Source: Macrostomum lignano (Eukaryota). From it: a stretch of 64,000 nucleotides of DNA. Both the position numbers and the translations under genes were made by a program. Shown here one piece after another: positions 1 through 11,908 of the stretch. Position 1 is the first letter of the stretch. Each line of letters opens with the position of its first letter. The stretch covers positions 13,075 through 77,074 of the forward strand of contig NIVC01003781.1 of assembly GCA_002269645.1 (NCBI GenBank), read 5' to 3'. The notes under the pieces were generated by a model that did not search any database, was not told the DNA's origin, and worked only from the letters and a program-made list of their open reading frames with translations.

Positions 1-251
1 TTGGCCTGCAGGATCTCAACGGTCTCGTCCTTGGCGAGGCACTCCTGCACCTTCTCCTCGTAGGCGAGTCTGGTGACGTAGTCGGACTGGCCGATGTTCT
101 GCAGGCTCTCCGACTTGCGCGGCGGCTGCTGCGTTGGACGGCCATAGCCGGCGGCTTTCGGCGATCGGCTGGGCGACATCTTGCTGACGCCGGCGCCGCC
201 GTGCCGCAGGCTGGCCTGATCCGCCTCCGGTGCGTCTGAAGCGTGGGCCGC
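1..251 (-). CDS. SPEF1: SPEF1/CLAMP exon 2 (runs off the window start)
   Basis: Acceptor CAG at 254-252 (minus), then an open phase-0 frame AAHASDAPE...YEEKVQECLAKDETVEILQAK, resembling the SPEF1 C-terminal coiled coil (...QETVQILQ.K). Phase matches the exon 1 donor. Confidence 0.8.
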
Positions 252-287
252 CTGCCGTAGTGAATGTGATTTTGTTTGCTTCCGTGG

Positions 288-1610
288 AGAAACTGCTCAG
301 GGTTTGAGACTGCTCAGGGTTTGAGACTGCTCAGGGTGTGAGACTGCTCAGGGTGTGAGACTGCTCAGGGTTTGAGACTGCTCAGGGTTTGAGACTGCTC
401 AGGGTTTGAGACTGCTCAGGGTGTGAGACTGCTCAGGGTGTGAGACTGCTCAGGGTTTGAGACTGCTCAGGGTTTGAGACTGCTCAGGGTTTGAGACTGC
501 TCAGGGTTTGAGACTTCTCAGGGTGTGAGACTGCTCAGGGTTTGAGCCTTCTCAGGGTTTGAGACTGCTCAGGGTTTGAGACTTCTCAGGGTGTGAGACT
601 TCTCAGGGTTTGAGACTGCTCACTGCATGTGCCAGGGTTTGAGACTTCTCAGGGTTTGAGACTGCTCAGGGTTTGAGACTTCTCAGGGTTTGAGACTTCT
701 CAGGGTTTGAAACTGCTCAGGATTTGAGACTGCTTACTGCATGTGCCAGGGTTTGAGACTGCTTACTGCATGTGCCAGGGTTTGAGACTGCTCAGGGTTT
801 GAGACTGCTCAGGGTTTGAGACTGCTCAGGGTTTGAGACTGCTCAGGGTTTGAGACTGCTCAGGGTTTGAGACTGCTCAGGGTTTGAGACTGCTCAGGGT
901 TTGAGACTGCTCAGGGTTTGAGACTGCTCAGGGTTTGAGACTGCTCAGGGTTTGAGACTGCTCAGGGTTTGAGACTGCTCAGGGTTTGAGACTGCTCAGG
1001 GTTTGAGACTGCTCAGGGTTTGAGACTGCTCAGGGTTTGAGACTGCTCAGGGTTTGAGACTGCTCAGGGTTTGAGACTGCTCAGGGTTTGAGACTGCTCA
1101 GGGTTTGAGACTGCTCAGGGTTTGAGACTGCTCAGGGTTTGAGACTGCTCAGGGTTTGAGACTGCTCAGGGTTTGAGACTGCTCAGGGTTTGAGACTGCT
1201 CAGGGTTTGAGACTGCTCAAGGTTTGAGACTGCTCAGGGTTTGAGACTGCTCAGGGTTTGAGACTGCTCAGGGTTTGAGACTGCTCAGGGTTTGAGACTG
1301 CTCAGGGTTTGAGACTGCTCAGGGTTTGAGACTGCTCAGGGTTTGAGACTGCTCAGGGTTTGAGACTGCTCAGGGTTTGAGACTGCTCAGGGTTTGAGAC
1401 TGCTCACTGCATGTGCCAGGGTTTGAGACTGCTCAGGGTTTGAGGCTGCTCAGGGTTTGAGGCTGCTCAGGGTTTGAGGCTGCTCAGGGTTTGAGGCTGC
1501 TCAGGGTTTGAGGCTGCTCAGGGTTTGAGGCTGCTCAGGGTTTGAGGCTGCTCAGGGTTTGAGGCTGCTCAGGGTTTGAGGCTGCTCAGGGTTTGAGGCT
1601 GCTCAGGTTT
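288..1610. repeat. 17-bp minisatellite (GAGACTGCTCAGGGTTT)n filling the SPEF1 intron
   Basis: Direct reading; occasional longer variant units carrying CTGCATGTGCC. Confidence 0.97.
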
Positions 1611-1676
1611 GGGACGGCTCATGCTCGAGTCCTTCTAAGATGTCGCTACAAACTCTGTCAAGCTCAGCCGACTCAC

Positions 1677-2030
1677 TTTCTCCTCATAAAGTGACCGGTC
1701 CATCTTGGTCCGCAGCAGCAGCAGAACCCGCTCGATGGTGCCCGCTTTCGCATTGATGATGGAGTCGATCACATCGTTTGAAAGCTCGAAGTTGAGCTTC
1801 TTGAATGTCTTCCAATTAAGAAGCATCCAGTTCTTCTTCTTCTGCTCGGTGTTGTTGCACGGGTTGAAGTTGTGCAGGTCCACCAGCCGGGGGAAATAGT
1901 GCTTCACCACCTCTGCCATCAGAACGCCGTCGCTGAAGTCGCGGGCGATGTTCTTCTTGGGCCGGGACAGCGGGATCTGGTCGATCCAGGCGTACAGGTC
2001 CTGCAGGACCTCGTCGTCAATCTCCGCCAT
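1677..2030 (-). CDS. SPEF1: SPEF1/CLAMP exon 1 (CH-like DUF1042 domain)
   Basis: MAEIDDEVLQDLYAWIDQIPLSRPKKNIARDFSDGVLMAEVVKHYFPRLVDLHNF is the recognisable SPEF1 N-terminus. ATG at 2030; GTGAGT donor at 1676-1671 after ...YEEK. Confidence 0.9.
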
Positions 2031-4530
2031 GCGGGAGCTGTCGGCTGCGGGACGGCAGAAAAATTTCGTCATTTTTTGGGAAACTCATTTTTCTAGGAAT
2101 TTAATTCTCTAAAGTTCATTAAGCTCTTAATCGAATCGAATGTTCACAATTAAACCCAAGCGTTAGGCTAAAAAATCAAAGCATTAACTAGAAAGTCCGG
2201 AATGCAGTTCCATTCACTCACATTCATTATGTAGCTGCCTATTGCTTGGCTATGCAGGAGCTATATTTCGCACATTGAGGCCAAAAAAATTATTACCCCT
2301 GGACCGAGCAGGACACGTGAACTATTTATTTCCTATTGAAATCCTATATAATTATTACAGTTTTACAGGCTTTGAAAATAATATAATTTTTTATATAAAA
2401 ATACAACTCAGATCGCACTGTCCCAGTCTGCTGGTCTATAGGATTCAAATACGGCGGGAAACATATGTTGTGTAGACATTTTTTGTGAAATGGTTTAGAA
2501 GCGAATCAATATTGGTATAGGCAGAGACAAATATAAAAAGTATTTTAATTAACTGTTTCGAGAATAGTTTTAGACTTCAGTGAGCGTGCATACATGAAAA
2601 AACATGACAAATATTTGCCTAAAAATCTACCATATTAAAATAAGTTACTGTACTAAAGAAAGAGACAGTCATCAATTTTAATTTTTTAAAATGCAAACAA
2701 GCAATACGTTTTACTTGCATCAAATCATTCCATTTGAGTCCATTGCACTTTAATTTTGCAGTTACTAGAACACATTCAATTATGATAAGAAGTTTTAAGT
2801 TTTAGGTTTTAGGCACAAAAACAACATCAGACATAGACTTATGAGCATAAAAAGTAAAAGAATCAATGACAAAGAAATATTTCTAGAAAAATGGATCACG
2901 GTGACAGAGTTACCGAGACCAATTCCATATAGTAGCAGCAGTATTAACTAAAATTTCTCTCGGCCAGTAACAAAATTAATTTCAAGCATGTAACTCAAGC
3001 AGTGACTATAGACACAATAAGGTTACAATAGGAAATGGTTAATTTGTATAAAAACCTATGAAAAGCAAATAAATATATATAAGTTACCATAGTGAGCTCT
3101 AAAATATGCTAAAATGCGTCTTTAAAAGTTACTATTTTGTTTTTCTAAGTACACATATCTAAAATGGCGAAAATTTAGTTTGTGACTTTTAAGGAAATAA
3201 GTTCACAGACGACGCAGAACTTGCGAATTTATAAACCACGACTTCATGGAGGCTTTTCATATTACCAATTTCAGAATCAGAATCGGTTCGGATCTTTCAA
3301 GAAAAACAGCAGTATAACTATTTAATTCTGTTGAATGTTTGACTGCCTTAACAACCTCACTTACTGGTAGCACAATTTTTTTACTTTCTTCTTGGCGATT
3401 GTCATTCAATAATAAAAACTTTATAGCACGTATCTCCCTCTAGTTATGGAGACAAAAAGTTATACTTCACAAATTGGTTCTGGTTCTGGAACCAGAACAA
3501 GCAATATGAAAAGGCCCATGGACGTATTTACTATTTACTATTTAATATTTTAGACTAAGATTTTGTAAACGCGTGTTCATAAATTTAGGTACCGTTTTTA
3601 TTTTTATAGCTTACTCTGTTCACTAAACGCTTTCCTCTATATTCTTTTCTCTAGCAAATCATGGAGATGAAGTAAAACGAAAGGTTAATTAAACATAGAC
3701 TTTTATAACAATCTAAGCTTAATATAAATTTATTCTGCTATTAACGCCAAGACAAGTGTTTTGCTAAATAAAAATATATTTTTAATGTTAATCAACTTAT
3801 CATGTCATTTTCTGAATTAAATTTTTACTTGCATTATTAATTTGCATAAAAGCAAATAATGCAAAATTGTGCCAATGCCAATGTAATTCGCAAATACTAA
3901 ATGTTTCATTTTCTCAAATTTATATACTTAACACTCATGGTCAATCTCAAGCTTTTGGCTTCTATAGTGCTAACTTTTCTAGCATTTCCAACAATGGAAA
4001 CTACTTATTAGGCTTCGTTTAATTTGGTAGAATAGGAATTAGGTGTGCCAGATTTTTTAAATTATTTTAAAACTTGGTTTTCTATATAAAACTTGGTTAT
4101 ATATTTAATATATATATACCTATTAAAAGTCAATTGCAATTCCAGTCTAGTATAATTTGACTAACAAGTAATACACACAGTTTAAAAAGTGAATTTTAAA
4201 TACCAAATAGTGACAAAGTCATTTCTACTATCTCTTATATGCTATAATAGTTACAGTATGATCTAAAGTACTTTTGTTTGAGAAGTTATCATCTTATACT
4301 TGTTTAAAAACATTGTATAGATATCTTTGATAATATAGCTAGCATATAAATTCAATCTTTGACATAAACCCATTTTTACTGATAAACAAGATTTAATTCA
4401 TATTTTCAAGAAAAAGTAGCTTATATCTCTTATTTTAATTTTACTAGGACAATTGAGAATAAAACCTAGCCCAATCCTAACTCTCTACATATAACCCAAC
4501 TCTCTCTGCTATGCATGTTGCCCCTATCAG

Positions 4531-4766
4531 AATCCGTGGCCTCCCTGCAGGCCAACACCACCGCAGCTCTGGTCGCGGCCGCCCTGGTGGTTCTGTGCGC
4601 CATCTGCTCTGCCGGCTTCATGTGCTTCTGCCGGAAGCGCCTGCCGAGGAAGGGCAGCTACGAAACCAAGGAGGCCGAAGGCGCCGCAGTCACCGACAAC
4701 GCCGATGAGGCCATCAGGCGGGGCCAGACTGGGCAGCCTGCGCTCAAGGAGGAGTTCTACATGTGA
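4531..4766 (+). CDS. Terminal exon of a Neurexin-IV/CASPR-like single-pass membrane protein
   Basis: Pyrimidine tract plus CAG acceptor at 4528-4530; TM segment ALVAAALVVLCAICSAGFMCFC; juxtamembrane RKGSYETKEAEGAAVTDNADEAI (4.1-binding motif like CASPR2 [22 protein letters not shown]); PDZ-type end EEFYM*; GC-rich third codon positions. Confidence 0.72.
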
Positions 4767-4789
4767 TTCGCTGTGACTCATTTCGTCTA

Positions 4790-5075
4790 TCTAGATTGGA
4801 TCTAGTTCTCATTTAGATTGGATCTAGTTCTCATTTAGATTGGATCTAGTTCTCATTTAGATTGGATCTAGTTCTCATTTAGATTGGATCTAGTTCTCAT
4901 TTAGATTGGATCGAGTTCTCATTTAGATTGGATCTAGTTCTCATCTACGTGTAGATTGGATCTAGTTCTCATCTAGGTTAGATCTAGTTCTCATCTAGGT
5001 TAGATCTAGTTCTCATCTAGGTTAGATCTAGTTCTCATCTAGGTTAGATCTAGTTCTCTCATCTAGATTAGATCT
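4790..5075. repeat. 22-23-bp minisatellite (TAGATTGGATCTAGTTCTCATTT, drifting to TAGGTTAGATCTAGTTCTCATC)
   Basis: Direct reading. Confidence 0.92.
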
Positions 5076-5659
5076 GGTTTGATCCAGAAGGTCTTCTATT
5101 CTAAATCTGGATTAAATCTTGTTCAGAATGAGATTAGAACAATTCTAGATCTATATCCGATCTATATTGTGTCCGCATGTGATGTACTTCTAAATGGAAT
5201 CTACTTGTTATCTTATTGTAGTATTTGTAATTTTGTCCTGCTAAATTTCGCCCCCTGCCCTGTGCAAAGTATTCCTTCGCTTAATATTCCATCCTTATTT
5301 AGCCATTTATACATTATAGCATTATACAATAGGCGCAAGTGTACCGCACGTGACCCCAAAAGCTCCCTCACCGCCGCGTGTCTCTTGGCCAGCTTTAATC
5401 AGCGAGTTTTCCAAGACACGCACAATTACCTTTGTTTAACCTTTTTTCGATGGCTTTTCCATGGCTCGACTGCCGAGAGCTGTGAAATTTCTGTGGCAGA
5501 CTCTGTCTCCGAAGCCGTCAAATTAAAATTTCTACTTCAAGGCCAATGAAACGCTTTACATGATTATTTGAATTATCAGGCTGCTTATTCAAAATCTCAA
5601 AGCTACTTGATTTTTTGTTCGTTCATTTCTACTCTCAGTAGTATTTCAAGATAGATTCT

Positions 5660-6325
5660 GTGAGAGTCATCAGCATTCTGTGAGAGAAACATCAGCATTC
5701 TGTGTGAGAATCATCAGCATTCTGAGATAATCATCAGCATTATGTGAGAATCATCAGCATTCTGGGAGAATCATCAGCATTCTGTGTGAGAATCATCAGC
5801 ATTCTGTGAGAATCATCAGCATTCTGTGAGAATCATCAGCATTCTGAGATAATCATCAGCATTATGTGAGAATCATCAGCATTCTGTGAGAATCATCAGC
5901 ATTATGTGAGAATCATCAGCATTCTGGGAGAATCATCAGCATTCTGTGTGAGAATCATCAGCATTCAGTGTGAGAATCATCAGCATTCAGTGTGAGAATC
6001 ATCAGCATTCAGTGTGAGAATCATCAGCATTCAGTGTGAGAATCATCAGCATTCTGAGATAATCATCAGCATTCTGTGAGAATCATCAGCATTCAGTGTG
6101 AGAATCATCAGCATTGTGTGTGAGAATCATCAGCATTCTGTGAGAATTATCAGCATTCTGTGAGAATCATCAGCATTCAGTGTGAGAATCATCAGCATTC
6201 TGAGATAATCATCAGCATTCTGTGTGAGAATCATCAGCATTCTGAGATAATCATCAGCATTCTGTGTGAGAATCATCAGCATTCAGTGTGAGAATCATCA
6301 GCATTCTGTGAGAATCATCAGCATT
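5660..6325. repeat. 20-22-bp minisatellite (GAGAATCATCAGCATTCTGT)n
   Basis: Direct reading. Confidence 0.96.
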
Positions 6326-8274
6326 TTTGCAGCGCAAATTCACAAGAAAATTCTTGCCCCATTTCGGGTCGTGTGGCGTGGGTTTGGATCCTTCAAAGCT
6401 TGAGCTGTTCCCATCGCCCTATTGTGAGTTGAGAGCAGATGAAAGGATCGTAGTTGGGTGCCTTGACTCAAAAGCGAAAGAAAATTGACTCAAAATTTTT
6501 TTTCTTTCAAGTCAACTTTTGCTAACCAAACTTCTGCCGCCTCTTCTACAGAGCAGCGGCCTCAGCAGAGCCATTGTCTAACAAACTCTGGGTTGGAGCA
6601 GAGGCGCAGAGTTTTTCAGTGTAGGCAGGGTTGAAGCCCTGAGCGACACGCTTGGTAGATTCTCCAAGGTTCTGCCAGTAGCTTAGCCTGGCCTAAGGAA
6701 CTCAACAATGTCTGCACTGTATGGGTGGGGGCTGCCAGTCCCAGTGACTGCGGAGCAGCCATGCGCTGTCCTACTGGATTCTCAGAGAATTTTGCTCCAG
6801 TTCTCCACCAATAATTTCTGGAAGTTATTGCTTTAGTAGCTCTCTCGTTTGGCAGAGAGCTTAAGAAATGCTAGTAGAGCGCAGAGGTCACCCGGACAGG
6901 TAAAAAGTAATCACCGACTCGGTGATCAAGCGTGCGGCAAGCGCTATGTCAGCTGAAAACAGCACTGCGTCTGTGTCAGACAATCTCTGCCCGAGTCTCT
7001 GAAGAAGAAGAAATTTCGGCTAAAATGAGTTACACTGATTTTAATTTTTAACTAACCGAATGTCTTCGCTATTGTCTGTTGTCTCACACCTTGTCTGGTG
7101 TTATACCTGTTGTCTGCTTGTAGGGAGTGAAGTGAAATAAGGGATCCACCATAAAGTAGTTTTTTCTTTTGTTCTTTTTTAAGCTTATTCATCAAAAAAA
7201 TAAAAGGGTTGCTATAAATGCAAAGAATTTCATATACTAAAATTGATAGTGTGACTAAGATGTTTATTGAATTGATGGTAAGGCTAGTTCAAGGATTAGT
7301 TTACTTTTGCTTTTTAGGTGTTGGATGAGTTTTATAATTACAAATGGAATGTTAAGGATGCTCTTGTAGTTGTTTGCTGTTCTATCTGCAAAATAAACAT
7401 ATTTTGTAATCATTGAAGCAGGTTTTAACTCGATCGATTCCTCAAACAATTCATTTGAGGTATGAGGTGTTTTTGGAATTTTTTTTTGCTGACGCTTGGC
7501 TTTGGCTTCATTTTTTGTAAGTTTGTAACATCTTTATTTACGAGCATTTGTATAAAATTAGTTTTTATTTCACCATAATTTAGGCCTTAATGCACACTGA
7601 TTTATAACTGAGAAATGTGCCAGCATTGTCAGGCGCGAAAATTCAGTTCCAGGCGCGAAAAAAATCGGTGCAGCTGAGTGGGACCAGTGAAAAAGTCAAA
7701 AACCAAGGTTTTGGCATTACTCGTACCGCTCGCCGAATCTCGTTGCTGTAGGACCCGTTGAAGTTTTTCCAAGCAGTCTGTCTGGATTTCACTGTGACGC
7801 AGCGAGAAAACTGATGTTGATGACTAATTTCAATGTGAAAGACTGCTTTTCAGTGGGATGATATCCAGTTTTAACGCTTAGGATGTGTCAACTTACATTA
7901 CGAGCTTAGCTTAAAGCCAAGGAGTAGGCTGATCACCCTCACAAATTAAAGAAACCAATGACTCACTGATGAATTGCTTGCCAAGATTAAATATTAGTGC
8001 GATCGTTGAGACGTCAGATTCTTCTAAATATTTTAATATTAATTTCTTCTTTAAACATGAAAACAGGTGATTAGATTTTAGGCTGGGGAAAAACTTAAAA
8101 ATTTTCAATTTAAACCTTTGAGTTCTGAAAAGTATTTGATAACCAGAAGCAAACGGAGGTCTGCAGTTTGGGAACAGCTCAATGAATCTTCATCCTAAAT
8201 ATCAAATCATATTGCGGCTTCTCAAGCCAAAGCCGCAATGCTGGGGGCTCCCAGAGCCAGTCTGCGATGCGGAC

Positions 8275-8994
8275 TCAGTCGAAGGGCGACACGCACTCGC
8301 AGAGGCCGAAGCTGGCCGATGTCAGATCCGTCAGGCCGTCCCTGCCGTTCAGAGCGGCGAGCTTGTCCTGCCCGCCGTTGTCATCTGGCTCACCGGAATA
8401 CCACAGGCTCGGGTCAACGGTGATGTTGCAGCCGACCCAGTACCAGCCGCCTGCCGGCTCCTCGCTGCCGGGAGCCTGGAAACCTCCGAGCCACAAATTG
8501 TTACCATCACGAAGCGACTCCACGTGGCTCATCTCTGAGCTGCTCGTCACGTCCGCCATGATCACCAGACCGCTCTCCGACTCGCATGTCGATTTTATGA
8601 CGTCCCACGAGCCGCTGACCACCTTGTACTTGACTCCACACAAGTCGTCTCCGTATCCGGGCGGACACAGCAGTCCCGCCGGCAGTCCCGGCTGCTGCCT
8701 CACGAACACCCGGCCTCGTCTCGAGCAGCCGCAGTCCCTCACAGACTTGCTGCACTTGTTGAACTCGAACAGCTGACACGGACCGTCGGACAGGCTGAAG
8801 GCCTGGCACTGCGGCCTCAGGCCACACAGGATGGCGCACTGCTCCTCAGACATCACGCCGTTGAGTGTCCTCACAAACGGACTGCTGATGCACAGGGAGC
8901 CGTTAATGGGCGCAAACTCGGTGCCGCACAGAGCAGCCGCCACAACCGCAGCTGTCAGCCCTAACATAGCGAGATGCACAAACACGGGGCGCAT
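8275..8994 (-). CDS. Secreted PAN/apple + C-type lectin protein, copy 1 (239 aa, intact, EPD motif)
   Basis: Signal peptide; PAN-like CAILCGLRPQCQAFSLSDGPCQLF; long-form CTLD with CPPGY, WLGG, W.W, WYSGEPDD and terminal LCEC. Confidence 0.88.
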   Translation of the reverse strand: MRPVFVHLAMLGLTAAVVAAALCGTEFAPINGSLCISSPFVRTLNGVMSEEQCAILCGLRPQCQAFSLSDGPCQLFEFNKCSKSVRDCGCSRRGRVFVRQQPGLPAGLLCPPGYGDDLCGVKYKVVSGSWDVIKSTCESESGLVIMADVTSSSEMSHVESLRDGNNLWLGGFQAPGSEEPAGGWYWVGCNITVDPSLWYSGEPDDNGGQDKLAALNGRDGLTDLTSASFGLCECVSPFD

Positions 8995-9722
8995 GGTGGC
9001 AGCTCTCTACTAGCCTGCTCTGAACGGAGCGGAAATCCTGGCTTGGGTTTTCCTGCTTCACCTGTTTTTTTCTCTTGGTTTTGCGCGGCACAGTTTGTTG
9101 TGACAACCGCCTGCATTTTATCATTGGCTGCCGCCGCTGTAATTGCCGATGAGATTCCCGCTGCCGGACAGTCTTCTTTTCCGCTAGGCTCTACTTCTGA
9201 GTAGTGCATAGAGATGTCTATGGACTGCTTATGCAATACTCGTACATTATTGATACTAGGCTGAAATGCGAGTACGTTTCGTTGCTAGGAATACATTTGT
9301 TTCTACTCAGTGTGAGCTTCTCAAACGCTCAAGTTAGGAAGTTTCCCAGCTGCCGAAACTGATGCAGCATGCCTGCCATCTCACTGGCAGCTGTGTATAC
9401 TACGTGAGCTAAGCACATTCACTCAGCCCCGATGCCAGGATTTCACTTTCAAATGGTTGGGATGGAAACTGCGTGTTAGTGCTTCTGTCAATAATTCAGA
9501 ACGAGGCACCTGGGGTACCGAGTGCAGAAACACTTCTGTTACAAAGCAATAAAAAAGTGATGCGGGCATCAGAACAGCAGGATGACGCCGTTCAAAACCT
9601 TCAGCTTTGAGTTTTTTGCAGCGAATCCAACCAATTTACTCGTAGTTGCTCAAAAGATAGTGCAGTAACCCGGCTCGGTTCGTGTGCCCAGCCCAAGTTT
9701 CTGATACTATAAGGTGGTACAA

Positions 9723-9908
9723 ACAGGCGTGATGACGCTCTGCCAATGCTACATGAATACTGACAGGCGTGATGACGCTCTGCCAATGCTACATGAATAC
9801 TGACAGGCGTGATGACGCTCTGCCAATGCTACATGAATACTGACAGGCGTGATGACGCTCTGCCAATGCTATATGAATACTGACAGGCGTGATGACGCTC
9901 TGCCAATG
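9723..9908. repeat. 40-bp tandem repeat, about 4.5 copies
   Basis: ACAGGCGTGATGACGCTCTGCCAATGCTACATGAATACTG repeated. Confidence 0.95.
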
Positions 9909-10863
9909 CAGAGTGTGTTGCGACACTCTCTGGTGCTTATACAGTGGTTCAGTATAAGTAAAAGTATATGATGGTATCCGCTCTCACGGCGTAATCACGT
10001 TCTGGCAAGAAGTTACTGTAGCTTCTTATCTATCCCTGCCTAACAAGCTTTCTGGAAAAGAAGGAATACTCAAAGCAGGCGGCTTACCAGTGCCCGAGGG
10101 CTGCTGAATGCGCTTTTATTTGAGTTCTCAACGACGGCGATAATTTGCCGATACCCGGGCCGGACTCGCTCGCAGGTCTCAGAGCGGTGCATGACTGGCT
10201 GATCTTTTGGCTTTAAGTCGATGTCTACTATTTACGACAGTATCGTACTTCTCTGGCCCGTTCTGGGGCTTAGCTAAAGTTCTTTGCCTACTCTTAACCG
10301 AATCTGTTTCTGAGAATTTCTCAGACCGCTGTGAGTCGTTCGGCGTCACAAAAAAGGCCGGGCGCAAAATAGAAAACAAGGGGGAAGGGAGACGGAGACG
10401 GCGCAGTGCGAGAAAAGGGCACACGATAATACATAGCAGCTCAGGTCTTGGAGGGGGGCTGACGGCCCACCGGCTAAGCCGACAAAATAGAGACACGCAC
10501 CGGCCAGCCAATCAAAACCCCGTCTGGGGGAATGAGGGTGCTGCACCCGCGCCAAAGCCGGCAGCTGGCGGCAGCCAACCAGCCCAGAGCACGGGGCAGG
10601 GCGCACGGCTGGGGAGGGGCACGCACAAAGCCCAGCGGCCCGTCAGACCTCGCCACGCACGCCAACCCCCCCCCCCCAGTCAGCCCCAAAGTGCATCGCG
10701 CCCTGTAAAAAAACAAGGGCACATACACTACAATAGTAAACCCCTTATGAGATTTAAGAAAGTCAACCGCAAGCACATTCCCGTAAGTGCCTGTTTGCTC
10801 TTTGTCTTTTCCATTTTTAGACAGTCCGGTGGGAGTTTTACTTCACTTTTTAGATTTCCGATT

Positions 10864-11576
10864 TCAGTTGAATGGCGACTGGCACTCGCAGAGGCCGAAG
10901 CTGGCCGATGTCAGATCCGTAAGGCCGTCCCTGCCGTTCAGAGCGGCGAGTTTGTCCTGTCCACCTTTGTCATTTGGCTCATTGGGATGCCACAGGCTGC
11001 TGTCTATGGAGATGTTGCAGCTCAGCCAGTGCCAGCCACCGCTGGGTTCGATGCTACCTGGAGCTTGGAAGCCTCCGAGCCACATGGGACTTGAGCCTGT
11101 GTGCAGTGACCGGATCTGATTCACTTGGGTCAACTCCTCCGTGCTCGTCACGTCCGCCATGATCACCAGACCGCTCTCCGACTCGCATGTCGATTTTATG
11201 ACGTCCCACGAGCCTTGTACTTGACTCCACAGAAGTCGTCTCCGTATCCGGGCGGACACAGCAGTCCCGCCGGCAGTCCCGGCTGCTGCCTCACGAACAC
11301 CCGGCCTCGTCTCGAGCAGCCGCAGTCCCTCACAAACTTGCTGCACTTGTTGAACTCGAACAGCTGGCACGGACCGTCGGACAGGCTGAAGGCCTGGCAC
11401 TGCGGCCTCAGGCGGCACAGAATGGCGCACTGCAGCTCCGAAGCGACTCCAGCGAAGGTTCGGACAAAGTCGCTATTGATGCACAGGGAGCCGTCGATCG
11501 GAGAGAACTTGGTGCTGCACTGTGAGGCAGCGGCTGCTGCAGCCGCAATCACCCAAATCGCTAGGCGGACCAGCAT
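10864..11576 (-). pseudogene. PAN + C-type lectin copy 2, frameshifted by a 10-bp deletion
   Basis: ORFs 11196..11576 and 10864..11430 together give the full paralogue. Versus copies 1 and 6, GCTGACCACC is missing between 11214 and 11215 (CGAGCC|TTGTAC). Confidence 0.85.
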
Positions 11577-11657
11577 CTTGCAGCTGCCTGTCTGCCGCGG
11601 TCTGACGAAGACGCCTTCTCATGCGAATCTTCCTTTCTATGCTCGCCAGCTAAATTA

Positions 11658-11671
11658 GTTGCCATAGCAAC
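11658..11671. promoter_or_regulatory. RFX X-box GTTGCCATAGCAAC, about 82 bp upstream of the lectin copy 2 ATG
   Basis: Exact fit to the RFX/DAF-19 consensus GTNRCC(N0-3)RGYAAC; the identical 14-mer lies upstream of copy 5. Confidence 0.65.
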
Positions 11672-11749
11672 AGCGCCCAACTGCTGCCTTTGTCTGCCAC
11701 CAATCAGGTTCTGACTGAGTCCTCATTTCAGAAAATCTGTCTCTGGCAC

Positions 11750-11908
11750 AGGTGCACTACCGGTCTTCACTACCGGTCTGCACTACCGGTCTGCACTACC
11801 GGTCTGCACTACCGGTCTCCACTACCGGTCTGCACTACCGGTCTGCATTACCGGTCTCCACTACCGGTCTGCACTACCGGTCTGCACTACCGGTCTGCAC
11901 TACCGGTC
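11750..11908. repeat. 13-bp minisatellite (CTGCACTACCGGT)n
   Basis: Direct reading. Confidence 0.95.

Noticed and set aside
288-1610. AGGGTTT (rotation of the plant-type telomere repeat) in each 17-bp unit
   Set aside because: One motif per unit, never tandem; best explained as coincidence within a minisatellite.
5079-5549. 156-aa plus-strand ORF
   Set aside because: Starts in a repeat, AT-rich codons unlike the real genes, no recognisable motif.
6540-7610. Possible decayed transposon or AT-rich coding fragment
   Set aside because: No motif I can recognise; frames are interrupted.
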